A stretch of 64,000 nt of DNA, taken from positions 24,648,912 to 24,712,911 of the forward strand of contig NC_092675.1 of the NCBI RefSeq assembly GCF_964355755.1. Direction: 5' to 3'. How positions within the stretch are numbered: position 1 is the first letter of the stretch; each line of letters begins with the position of its first letter. Under the pieces are notes generated by a model. The model did no database searches. It saw only the letters and a list, made by a program, of their open reading frames with translations, and had not been told where the DNA came from. The translations under genes and the position numbers were made by a program. Source of the stretch: Antedon mediterranea. Its lineage: Eukaryota > Animalia > Echinodermata. Below are positions 1 to 22,500 of the stretch, in pieces.

Positions 1-9304
<9,304 letters not shown>

Positions 9305-9870
9305 CTTCTTTCAATGTTTCTTGACAAAAATATAAATTTATAATCAATGGTTATAATATGGATAAACATTTGTTTTATTGACATATTAGCAGAACATACT
9401 TGAGTCTTTTTTATATGTATTTAAAGATGTTATCTGCAATTGCTTCTCTATAATATTTTATCATTATTTCAATAAATATAAGCAAAGAAAAATATAAATA
9501 AGGCACATTTGGCATGCCATTATTATAAGCGACCGATTCGAAACGCGACCGCTTTCAAACGCGACCGAAATGACATGTAACCCGCTTGTTTAGGCTAGTA
9601 TTTACTTTATATAGGCCTAGCCTGGGCCTACTAGCCTAGGCCTAGACACTGCCCTGGCCGGGAATCCCCCTGGCCTTACTATCCTAGCCTAGGCTACTAG
9701 AGCCTGGCCTTATGCCATAACACAATGCTTAATATAAGTAGACATGACGTAGACCTAGCTAACTAAACTAAAAACTGAACATGAATACTTACTGTATATA
9801 ATTATTTAAGCATCCTATGACCTAGGCCCGCAGACGACGTAGGACTACAGCACACTAGTGTAGCTAGCCT

Positions 9871-11484
9871 CAAAGAATATATATCACAAGAATGAGTATT
9901 CCGCGATTTTTGCATGAGAAATTTGTAACAGAGAGTTCCAGAGAGTGATGCCCGCCCTCATAAGGGCGGATGTATACATACTAAATAAGACTCGATTTAA
10001 TAGACATGATACATGTCACATTAAATAGAATTATTGTCGTGGTACGTGAGACTATGCCCGGATTGATTTGGAAGTTTTCTCCCCGGGTATCAAGCGTGCG
10101 AGGCTTGGCTCAAATGAATGCAATATCAAGACCAACAGAAAGACAACAAGTTGTTGATTGCCGTTATCAGACCATTTATTGTGTACAACTCCACGTCACT
10201 CAGAAAATAAAGAGAACGAAGAAAGGAAAAAACCCTGCAAATATACAAACAAGCGTTACATAATTTCAATAACAGTCAGTTTATAACTTCACTTTACCAC
10301 TGTATTACCACTATACTTAAACACACTGTGTACAAACTGGTTATCATTCAGAACAATACAATCAATTAAACGTCATTACAAATGATTAATACCTGAATCA
10401 ACTTGAATGATGTATTTACTAACTAAGAACGAAAGATCGTACAGCAATCAACCATTTCTCTATAAATTGAAGTAAAGATTTGAGAACATTATTTGCTTTA
10501 TTTAAGTTGTATGCATGCAATTTAGTATAATAAATTAACAGGCAATGATACGTCTATCATGCAATATAATTCTTTTGACTACTTACAATGGTAACTTCAA
10601 CAACGGCTTAATAATATATATATACAACACGGTAACAAAAATCACATCTTCCTGTGTTTGCAACAAAAGCTTTTCTGACGCGCAGACAGAAAAACCAGGT
10701 AGTTAAACAAAACATCACCTATATGCAAATGCACCAAACACAATGCTCGCAAAACAACTAGCAGCAAGACACTTATATGCAAATACGCAGAACGCACACG
10801 AACAACAACTGATCCATGACATTATGATGATAGTTTTTGCAATTGTAAACTATTTTATAATACATATTTATTAACAAACTAGTGTTTATTCACTTTTACA
10901 GACAATTATTTACTAACATGCTAAGTTAGTTCACAAAAAAGGCCTAACACAGCAACACCAAAAATCAACGAATATTATTACTCAGCACGGCCTATTCTTT
11001 ACCATTGCCGTGTACTACTGTACGCCCGGTAAATTAAGTATTGTTTTTATGATATAAATTAGTATAAAACACATGTTATTAATAGGAGAAAATGTTAAAT
11101 GTCATTAACATTTGTTTTACCAGAAACAAGTTAAATATAGGAATATTATCAAACTATCCTTCGTGAAAACGCGTAAACACCAACACGCCCGGTCACGCTA
11201 TCGTAGCGCCCGGGCTGTTTATACGGCAGTTTTTACTAAATAAATTGCATAAAACGAACAATTAAATATTCAAATAGTATTTAACATGATGTTGGCATGT
11301 AGTTGATAACATTTTTTATCATGAAAATACTACCGGTGGTCTAGCCTTTGATTATTGAAACCGTCACAAAAAGTTGTATACATCCCAGATACATCCACAC
11401 TTATGGCGGCGCCCTACCACATGGACAATATTACTGTTACAGGGAAAATCGCGGATTACTCATTCTTGTGATATATATTCTTTG
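9871..11484. mobile_element. Non-autonomous P-element-like DNA transposon, 1614 bp
   Basis: About 40-bp TIRs CAAAGAATATATATCACAAGAATGAGTA(T/A)TCCGCGATTTT at both ends (1 mismatch). 7-bp TSD CTAGCCT at 9864-9870 and 11485-11491. No transposase ORF seen. CA-start TIR with 7-8 bp TSD fits the P superfamily. Confidence 0.85.
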
Positions 11485-12919
11485 CTAGCCTTCTCAAAAA
11501 TGTACACATGTGCGCGACTCGATCGCTCTCCTCGAAAAGCGTCAATGTAAGTAGCTGACGCGTTTAACTTAAAAATGAAAACGTCCGACAAATTTGATGC
11601 TTTTACATGTGATTAGCATGTGGGCCTAGCCTACACTTGATAAATTACATTGTAATAAAAAAAAACTCTATATAATTCCTAATAGTTAATTTTTCTTTCT
11701 GAATAGCCTACTATGCCACATTGTCTAATCTCAGATTTAACACAGCACAAACAAATGAATTTCCCTTCAAAACAAAATCCAGACAGATCCAAACATAGAA
11801 AAACAAATTTGCTGTGAGACAAAAAAAAATCAGAAAAAAAAATTAAACAAATGTAACAACATTATTTAAAAATCTCAGTATATACTATGATTTGTCCAAA
11901 AGCGCTAATCAACTTACCATAGAAAGAGCCATAATGTTGAGATCTCTTGTTATGTCATAGCAGCAATAGGGGTGTATTTCTAATGGATTTAATAATGGTA
12001 CGACTCTTGTAATACATCAACAATGTGGGGATCCTTTGATTTGCATAAAGACATTTTACAACCAAATATCTCTGAATGAACGGTCTGTCATGCTTATTGA
12101 TTTTTACGTCAAGAATCTGTTTCACCCTTTTTTTGTACAAATCTTTTACGTAATATCCGTACACTCCTCACTATAGGCATTTGCATATTAAAATGATTGT
12201 CTGTAATTCTCTTATCTTAATATTTTTTATTAAAGATATCAAGTCGACTTATATTATTACGAATATAATACTACAAAGCAAAGCATACCACCAACTTTTC
12301 TATAAACATGTACACATAGTATCAAACATCATAGATTTATTTGTAACATGATTATTATAATCATTACAGGTAAGTAGATGTAACAAATTAACTCCATTAT
12401 ATATGATAAATGATAGTTCAACTCAACATACCATTTCTCCATTACAGTAGATTCCCTATCAAGAGGATTGGTCATAGTATCCCCTTAAAACTACCAAACT
12501 GCACTAGAGTTAAACTATAGTGTGTGTGAGTGGTTGCTTCCTTCCATGTACACTTAAAAACAGTGTAACACATTAGTTTTGTCCTTGTATACAGTATTTG
12601 ATGCTTTAACAAAAGCATTTACTGTACATATACAAGATTTTTGCATTGTACATTATTAGGCAGTTTCTGTAGTTATTTTGAAACACATCAGTGATACATT
12701 TATAATAAAAGATCAATTTAAATTTAAAAAGTCAAGTAAACGTATCCTGCTTGGAAACACTGAACGGCAGTGAAATTGAATCCAAATAAGGAGAAATAAA
12801 GAATAATTGTCAGAATCGGAAAGAAATGTTTATAAGAAATAAAATCAAACTTATTTAATAGTTGTACGACACTTAGTAAACCGAAGAAGAATTAGAAACA
12901 CCAGAAATGATGTTGGTAG

Positions 12920-13159
12920 TCTATGCGTGCCAAGCTTACTTGGATAAACCAAGCCGGAATCTCCTCGAAGAGCGAGATATACTAAAAATGATGACAATTC
13001 ATTGAACACTCCTCCTCTCCATAAGTGGTATAGAACAGTCCACAAACAACTCCATGAAGTGGGAGCATCCCCACAAACCAACATCATCATTTCTCTTCGA
13101 GACATGATGGAAAATAAGGCTATTGTTGGTTTAACCAGGTAAGCTTGGCACGACATAGA
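12920..13159 (-). other. Long multi-segment hairpin in the presumed BMPR1 3' UTR
   Basis: 12920-12952 is the near-perfect reverse complement of 13126-13159. Nested inner helices on the minus strand: AGCC/GGCT, TCGAAGAG/CTCTTCGA, AAATGATGA/TCATCATTT. Confidence 0.65.
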
Positions 13160-16100
13160 AAATGTCACTGCTTTAATATAACATTAAATTATCAGAAGCT
13201 AACAACAAAAACAACTTTTCTTGTATTTTTTGTTAAATCTAAATCTCGAATGTGCTACAAAAAGAACACATTTCATTACATATGGAAAAGTTAAAATTTG
13301 GTAATAACACACTCAAATTCCAGTTGTCATGGAGAACCATTTTCTCATTCTTTAAGCTAACAATAAATATTAATAATTAATAAAATATATACAGTAAATC
13401 AGTCATAAATTTATAATGTAGATATAAAATTAATTAGTTTTGGCTTTAGTGTTTTATTATTATTTCCTTATTAGTTTCACTCAAGTGTCTCATGAACGGG
13501 CTTCTGAATAGGAGCGGTTCTACTGTATTGTCTATTTCAATGTTTTTAATAATTTTATTTTTTAATTTAATTTTTGTCCATACATAGTATTACTAAAAAT
13601 GTGTTTTCATCATATTAATCATTATAAACCTTTTCTACTCTCTATTATAAAATGTGACAGAAAACGCATTTGTTTAGTCCTTACAAAGGTTTTGCTAACA
13701 TAAACAATTAAAACAAGATATGTTGAGTTCATAAACCAAACTTAAGCCATCATTATTAACTTAATAATTAAATAAACTATAAAATGACATATTTCAGGTA
13801 TATTAACGGTGTACATATGTATCAAGGTTTGTACAAAGTAAGATAAAATAGGAATTAGCAGGCAAAACATAGGAATTGGATACAATGTACATAAGCTCTA
13901 TTAGAAAATTAGGATTATTAATCCTATAACATCTTTACCTATAAACAAAAATGTTCTTATTCAAATTAATATTTACTTAATCAATGATTTGAATTACTGC
14001 GGAAAAAAACCCCTTGTCTTGCATACACATACTACTCTTAAAAACATAGTTTGTTTATAGTATATTTGGTTTCATTGTTTGTTCTGTTAATATACTGGTT
14101 CATTATAGGAAGCCAATGAACCAAAATCTATATAATAATGTATCTACAACATTCAAGTTCTTAAGTTCTTTACTTATTTACTGTATCTCAATCTTTTATA
14201 TAATATTTAAAAAAAACCTGCTTGTATATCAAATTCAGTGTTTTTACCCTGTCTATGGGCCGAAGGGTAGAATAGTGGCACGAAATATACCATAGCTATT
14301 TAGTATACCGGATCCAATCTGTATACTGTATATAGGAACTATGATTGGATGATAACTTATTTTCCCATGAAACACCAACCTGCCATTAACACATCAATCT
14401 CTGAACAATCCCAATTTACTTGAATACAATAATACTGTTCCTCTATATTTACTACAACAATGAATATATTAACAAGTTACTATGTACAGTGTTTTTAAAA
14501 ATAGTTTTGACCAGCTCTTTTCCTTTGACAATTTACGATTCAAATTTATACTGTTTAGTTGTAAACTCATAAAACTGATTGGAAGAAATGTTAAGAAATA
14601 AGGGTCTTTGGCTTGTAAAAGTCCTTTTTAGGCAATACTTGCCTTTGCATTCAGTCTTGATTTGTCTACATGGATACTTTTAATCTTTCCGTATTAAGGA
14701 TTACACATGTAAAAAAAAAAAATCACTTTTTTAATGTTATTCTGCATAACAAGCACTTTGGTAAAAAGCATTCAGGCATATCTAAGTAGATTGTACGCAT
14801 CATGGCAAACAGATAACAAGACATTAAATACCACTATTTTATATATTTTTTAGGTAGGACGTAGGAAGGAAAATGTCTTTACATCATTCTGTATTAGCTT
14901 GTTTAAAAAAAACATAATTAATATGTGGTTAATAATCAGCTTTGATGCACACAATAGTACAGTTTTCCACTTTTACCTTCATGCAGTTATTGGAAGATAG
15001 AAATATATATATTTGATATTTTAAGTTTTGTTTCAAATGCATACTGCATAATACTCCCACAAATCACGTTTTCCATGTTTTCTACACCACTTACTACAAA
15101 TGGAAGAACTATTCTTTAAAAAAAAAAAAATTAACATTAAAGTAGAATATTTTAAATGTCACAATAGTGTACTAATTGATATGACATTTTAAGCACACAT
15201 TTTAATAGTAAAATCAACAAAATACTACTACTAGATTGATAACCTTAACAGATATAACAAAAAGGTTGTAACAGTTGATTAGAAAATGCAACTAAACAAT
15301 ACCCAACATAATTCTAGAAAAAAAAGAATAGCAGTAGGAGAAACAATGTCAAAAAAAGAATAATACCTTTAGTATGTACTGTACAGGCAGCTAGAACAGT
15401 TAAAAAATACATATTTATGTACAATGTTTAAAAACATACTGAAACGGATAACGTTGCTTCATTGTATTTACAACTTAAGTAGATTAATACAATTATAATG
15501 TTTATTTACATACAAAAAATTGATATATAATATTCTAAATATTTGGAGCTAAATACTATTTCATTTTACGTTAAGGAGTTAGAATATGTGACGGTTTAAA
15601 TTGACCATCCCCGTTCACAACTTTAAACTAACTGTATCCCGATCTTGCACATAATGCTAGCTAGGAAGTAAAACTTATGGAAGACAATAAATACAAATCA
15701 CTACTTACATAAACAAATAATTTCTATTTAAAGCAATTTGATTTAAAAAAATCTATTAGAAATGCTTGGCTTGACCCTACACCAGGATATTTTCAAGTCG
15801 ATAGTTTATAGCTGCTGCGAAAAAATAACCACTACTGTTACATTAAAAAAAAGTAAAAGTTACTGTACATTGTATGTACAGTATTACACAGTAGTTAACC
15901 GATGAAACAAACCCTTACCACAGATATAACTAGGATATGATTCGGATCAGCTTAAGCATGCATAGAACGTTGTTAAATCTACTGTGTGTAAACACAGCTA
16001 ATATCTGCTTTATCAGGGTAAGCTCAAGAAATTAATTTCTATTCTAAAACTAAAAATGTCGAATCAACTTTAGATAATTTACAATGTTTTAATTTTGTTT

Positions 16101-16507
16101 AAATTCATATTATATAATAATAATAATTTGTTTATTTTACGGATTGTCTGTAAAAATACACACACTAAAGATGAGAGAGTTCTTTTTCTGCTTCCTGTCT
16201 TTCATACAATGTTTGCCTTGTTACTATGTGTAGTCAAGTTCCGAACATCATCAAATAGTCGTTTTTTTCTGCAAGTACAACATTCCTTGAGTCGAAAACC
16301 AGCAATATTCGCACTGGGACTGGGTCAAATTAACATTTTGAATCACTTCTTAAAAAACAGCATTTGAATATCACAGAACTGATGAGGTAATTATTTGTCA
16401 TCTTAATAATCAATCCCTGTTTTATAAGTTTAATACTGTCCCAGCTTTATTCCTCTTCTGGTCACTTTTGAAAGTGAAAAAAAAAAAACCAAATTTACAA
16501 TAGCAGC

Positions 16508-19500
16508 TCACATTTTAAGTTGATTATAGTTGTCTTGCATCTTGGAGAGCGTTTTGCGTACACGTAGAGCTGTAAGACGGGCTGATGGATTGTGGTTCCA
16601 ACATTCACCCATCAATCTTGACATTGTACGTAAACACTGTTTGGAGAAAACATAAATAACAATAATCATTCATTGGCTTAAAAATAAGAAAATAACAAAT
16701 AGATATTGCGCATAATTCTATAATATCAGGGACGGATCCAGCATTATAGTTTGCGGGGAGGGGGGATCTAAATATTTCATAAATGATAAAAACAATCAGT
16801 CAGGTTGCAGAAAAATAAAATAGTCATTATTTTATTTTACAAAAGATATGGCTGTTAAATTTTAGTGGGGGGGGGGGGGGGGGGAGAGAGATGGTGTTAA
16901 AGCATGTTTAGCCCCCGCCTAAATATGCTCCTGAATATGCATAATTCTATAACAATTGGATGAATTTTTTAATACAGCACCTAATGGTTTGGCCATGATT
17001 TATAAAGACTCCCAATACCTTATTTTTTCAAGTTGAGGCCTTAGGCCTCTGGAACATAATATTCATTATAAACAATATTATCTATCATATCACATTAGGC
17101 AATGTGCGTAAATTAGTAATGTTAACTAATTTAATGAAGAAAACTAACAAAATATCAGTATTGATATTATTTTCTATTAATAGTATAGCAGACATGGTTA
17201 ACTGCTTTATTGTATGGATGTCTACTACAAGCTGTTTAGTTAACCAGGTTTAACTAATATATTAGACCTTCATTTAAATGTACAAAAAGGCAATTAATGA
17301 TCGGCTTAATAATGGCAAACAGCTTTTCATTATGATTAGTTTAGAATTTGTGTATGTGTACAACACAAAAGCATTGCTACAGAATTGTTGTTAATTAAAA
17401 ATGTCAACATTTTTATTATCATAATCATCCATAACTAAATATAGCTGTTGGTTTCAATTAAATAAAATAAAAAATAAATAAAAAAATAAATAGTGACTTC
17501 TTTCTTTCTTGCTTACACATTACTTATACATTAATCAAGACAATCTTTTGATGTGGCTTTCTGCTATTTATTTTTTATTTGATTTTTTAACCTTTTATTT
17601 ATATGTTGTTTTCTTTTTATTATGTTTTTCTTTTGATTTTATACTTTTGATGTGGCTTTCTTTTATTTATTTGATTTTTTGCTCTTTAATTTATGTATTG
17701 TTTTTTGCTTTTATTATGTGTTTTTTGTTTGTTCTTTTACTTAATTGTGATGTGGCTTTCTGTTATTTATTTATTTGATTTTTTTTGCTTTTTTATTTAT
17801 ATGTTGTTTTTTTGCTTTTTATCATGTTTTTCTTTTGTTCTATTACGTGTGATGTGGCTTTCGTTTATTTATTTGATTTTTTATTTATTATTTTTTTGCT
17901 TTTTATTATATTTTTTGTTCTTCTACTTGATGTGGCTTTCTGTTATTTATTTATTTTATTTTTTTGCTTTATTATTTATATGTGTGTTTTTTTGCTCTTT
18001 TATTTAATGCTTTTTTAATATTTTTTTGTAAATTATTTATTATCCAATTGATGAGATTTTCAGAAAGGGATGAAATAATCTTTGAATAATTAAGTATTGT
18101 CACTGGTTAATGATAACTATATGGCTTCAACAATATTCAATAAAAATAATTCCTAAAAAAAGATGAAGAAACCATTGTAAATGTTTAAATAACTAATACT
18201 AACATCGTCAGAGCTCCATCTGTTGGGAATAACTGGCCGTCTTTTCTCCATACAGACAACTTTTCGCATCTCATCTAAACTGGGGTCAGCTCCAACACTA
18301 TCATAGAAAGGAAGTTGAGCTTGCTCTACTATTCCTAAGAAAAAATAAACAAAAAGTTGTCACAGCTGTACAAAATATAAACACTAAAAAAATGTTTATT
18401 ACTATTCGTTTATTATTAGATTGAGGGGTATGTAGGTGATTAGGAAGGAGTTACCCCATGGTGTGTTAAGCTACTGTACAGAATAATGTTTAATATGTAG
18501 AGTAGGTAATTAACTGTACTGCAACACCACACAGAAAACCCTGCAATTAATACAACATTGTTTTAAAAAAACACTAAATGTTGCCACTATTTCGATAATA
18601 AATTTAAAAAAAGGGGGAATACAGGAAAATATCGCCACTTATTCAGTCACATAATACTGTACATAATAAATTACTGCTAATAAAACATTATTAAATATAA
18701 GAATAAGCTAAAAATCAATTAATTAAATACATAAAGTTCAAACAGATAAACTATATTAAATTGTGTCATTTACTAATGAATATCACTACATTTGTGTGGT
18801 AAAAGACATTTATTAGGTTTAACAACCTTTGAATAACAATACCTATTTCCTTCACAATACAATGAGAATAAAGGAAAGCATGTCACAGAAAGAAAGTAGG
18901 ATGAAGCAGCTATTATGTAAACTATGTCACCTGTATGCCTTTGGGCTAATCATGATTAATACTCATCTTAGCTATTAACAGTAAAACAGCATTTTCCTAT
19001 CCTGTTAACATCAATCACATACAACAGATACGTACCATGGCACATTGCCTATTATTATTTATTAAATTATACAGTTGTGTAATGTTTAAAATGCATATAA
19101 TTTTCAAACAATAGGATACAGTTAGTAAATTGCTTTTATTGACAAATTTGCCATTACCAATTTCTCTAAGTTCTATTCAAATAGTATTCACGTTTTATTA
19201 GAATGAGAGGTTTTAACACACACAAACAAAATACTTGTCAACAGACCTTGTAATATACATCTCCTGGATATTTCCCATAATACTAGACCAAATGAATACA
19301 TGTCAACCATTTTATAGGCATCAAAAGAGTCTTTGATGAGTGAGCCATCAAGAACCTCTGGGCCTTGGTACCTTCTTGTACCACTCCGTGTATTTGGTGA
19401 AATCTCTATTGTATTTGTTTCACTGAAATTGATAAAAATAATAAACAAAATATATTTAAAAATAGTCTGTTTCAATTCAAGGTTTTTATTCAATAAAACG

Positions 19501-22500
19501 AAAATTTACATTGTAGCCAAAGGCTAAATTGTGTAAAATTTTAGAAAATATTGCACATATAAAAAAGTTATCACATAAAAAGAACATCTTATATTAAAAT
19601 GGAATTAGATAAAGAAAAACATTGAAAAATCAAAGAAATTGTTACGAATCATGGCCTAATAAAATATTTGTATTAAAATTTATGTATTATTTGTTTATTA
19701 TTTCAGATGTCTGTATGGTTAGCCTATTTATTGTTACCCATCACATGCATATAAAGACGCGACAGATGTCTGTATGGTTAGCCTATTCTTTTACAGATTT
19801 ACCACATTGTTACCCAATCACATGCATATAAAGACGCTACAGATGTCTGTATGGTTAGCCTATTCTTTTACAGATTTACCACATTGTTACCCAATCACAT
19901 AAAGATGCACATGTCAGTATGGTTAGCCTATTCATATACAAAGTTACCACACAGTTACCTGTCACATGTACAGGTATGTTAAGATGTCTGTACGGTTAGC
20001 CTATTTATTGTTACCCCATCACATGTATATAAAGATGCCACATGTCTGTATGTAGCCTATTCACATCAACACAAAGGTGACACTGTGTATGAGTGACTTA
20101 ATGAGAAACATACATACTTACCATAAATACCTAGCAGCCAACCCCATATCCCCAATAGCACATGTTCCATTTTGCTTTACTAAAATATTTGAACTCTTGA
20201 TATCTCGATGGGCTATGGCAGGTTTTCCTTTTGTACCAAAAATCTCTGTGTGAAGATGAGATAAGCCACATGCAGCTGAATGTGCCAATTTTAGCATAGC
20301 ACGTGTATCTAGAACGTGCATTTGAAGGTAGTTGAGCAAGGAACCATTTTGATGGTAGTCTGTGATTAATAAAAATTGTGCCCAGGATCCAGTCCCTTTT
20401 ATATCTGCGGCAATAAAAGCTGTCAAAAAAAAAAAGATTAATAAATCAATCTTACTTCACATTGAACATTACACATTTTAATCAGTAAATCCTTATTAAC
20501 AATGAAGCTGCACATCTCAGTATGTTTAGTTTATCTAAACAGTATTTAAAATAAATAAAACAAACTGTAGTTATTATAACATTCAAACAAAGATTTATGA
20601 TCTAGACGAAATAACCACATTATCAAGTAATGAATGATTCCAGCGAACTTACGAGTTAAAATATTTATAGCGAGGCATGTAATGAATAGGCAAACTGCCT
20701 TAAAATGTGACATATGATTGTTTGTTGCCTATGTTCCTTGTTGTTTTATCATGCTAATTACTCCCTTATTTACATACAACCTGTCCTATTGGTATATAAG
20801 TACTCTACTAGTTGTTTTCTGTTCTTCTGATGATGAGAATAGTTTCTCGAAACATGTCACATTTTAAGACAGTTTGCCTATTCCAGGCCTTTTTTAAGTC
20901 GAGTGAGTGCGATCACTCACCTAACACGCTCCTAAACTGCCCTTGAGGAGTGCGATTTACAACGCGCCTTAATTTGGTAAACTTCTACACACCAAAATAC
21001 AAACAGCACACCTACAGCACCCCTTAATGTATTGAGTGTATTGAGGAGTGCAATTTGTAGCATGATTTTCAAAAGACAAGGCCAGCTATTCATTAAATGC
21101 CTCGCTATAGTTATTATCAAGTAATACATTTTATATTATATGGCAGATTTAAATTATCTAAAATACAGATTTACTCCATTTAAATATAACAGTCAATCTT
21201 TCAAGAACTTAAAATTCATTATTGGTTATCCGCCTCAAGCGGATAACCTTTGTTATTGTAAGAGTTTTTTAAATATGCTCTTTTTTTCTCAGATTTTGTG
21301 TTCAGCCTTTCTCTGCAACGTGTTAACATAACATGTTGTTACTTGGTCAACATATAGACATTTAACTGAAGATGTGCAGTCAAGCTTTTTGACGATGGCA
21401 GATCCGCGTAGCGTAAGTCACGCGCGATTTTCTGAAAATCTTAAATCGGTCATAACTTCGAAACAGATAAATATTTTTTAACGACATTTTCAGTCACGTT
21501 TTCTTCACATCAATAGCTAACTTTTTAGATGCTTAACAAATTTTAAATGCCTTTGAAATTTTTTATTCGCCTTATTTTGTGCACGATGTTTCTCTTCAAC
21601 GTGTGAACACAATATGTTGTAACTTGTTCAGCATTTAGACATTTTACTGAAGTTGTGCAGCCAAGCTTTTTGACGATGTCAGAGCCGCGCAGCGTAAAGT
21701 TACGCGCAATTTTCTGAAAATCTTAAATTGGTTATAACTTCGAAACAAATAAATAATTTTAAACCTCATTTTCAGCCACGTTTGCTTTACATGAATTGTT
21801 AACTTTTTTATCGCAATCGAAATTTGTAACATTAGAAAGTGCGCGCGTAAATGGAGTTTAAAATTTTAAAATGCTTGAAATCAATTTCTGATTAAATTAG
21901 AGCACGATTCAGGTCATTTTAAGCGTTAAAAAAATTGCCACTGGTGCGCACATTTTTACGCGCACACGGCGCAGGGAACTCGTATGAGCTTTTATTTTGC
22001 ATATATCGTGTTTTTCAAACTTGGGTTAACAATTTTACGTTATTTTATTCACTTTTCAACTTGAAATGGCGTTCTACAAGCACGTTAAACATGACTGGTT
22101 GCGCACGAAAACGTCAACAAATTGTGAAAAGGTTGCAAAATATGTCTACTTTTAAAAGTGATACAGTTCATCAGAATGCAAGGTTACCCCCATTTTTTAT
22201 TTTATTTTATTACAGTGTATGAATCGTAGATGTAATTTATTATAGTGTTGAATGTTAAAACGTGTTTGATGGCTACATTATTTGCATATTAAATATAATT
22301 TTCGAAATTTTTATCATCAAACAAACAATAACATTTTCAAAGATCCAAACAATAAACATAACATTTATCTTTTTCCTTCACATGTTAAAATATATAAAAC
22401 TTGAAAGTATGCACTTTCATAATATGTCACTGTTTAAAATTGTGAAGATATCATCATAGTGAAAATTATGATTTAGTTTGATATGTAATAATCAACTTGC

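Noticed and set aside
10006-10263. ORF inside the P-like element as a THAP/transposase remnant
   Set aside because: No C2CH THAP signature or DDE-related motif is recognisable.
12851-13168. 105-aa minus-strand ORF
   Set aside because: Non-ATG start and no recognisable domain. It coincides with the inverted-repeat structure, so an RNA-level explanation is more likely.
17509-18018. Three hydrophobic F/L-rich ORFs resembling membrane proteins
   Set aside because: They are translations of a T-rich minisatellite inside a BMPR1 intron.
19705-20060. Repeat-spacer appearance suggesting a CRISPR-like array (also 17545-18030 and 61814-62165)
   Set aside because: The intervening sequences are themselves homologous, the context is eukaryotic intron/intergenic DNA, and there are no cas genes. 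These are ordinary minisatellites.
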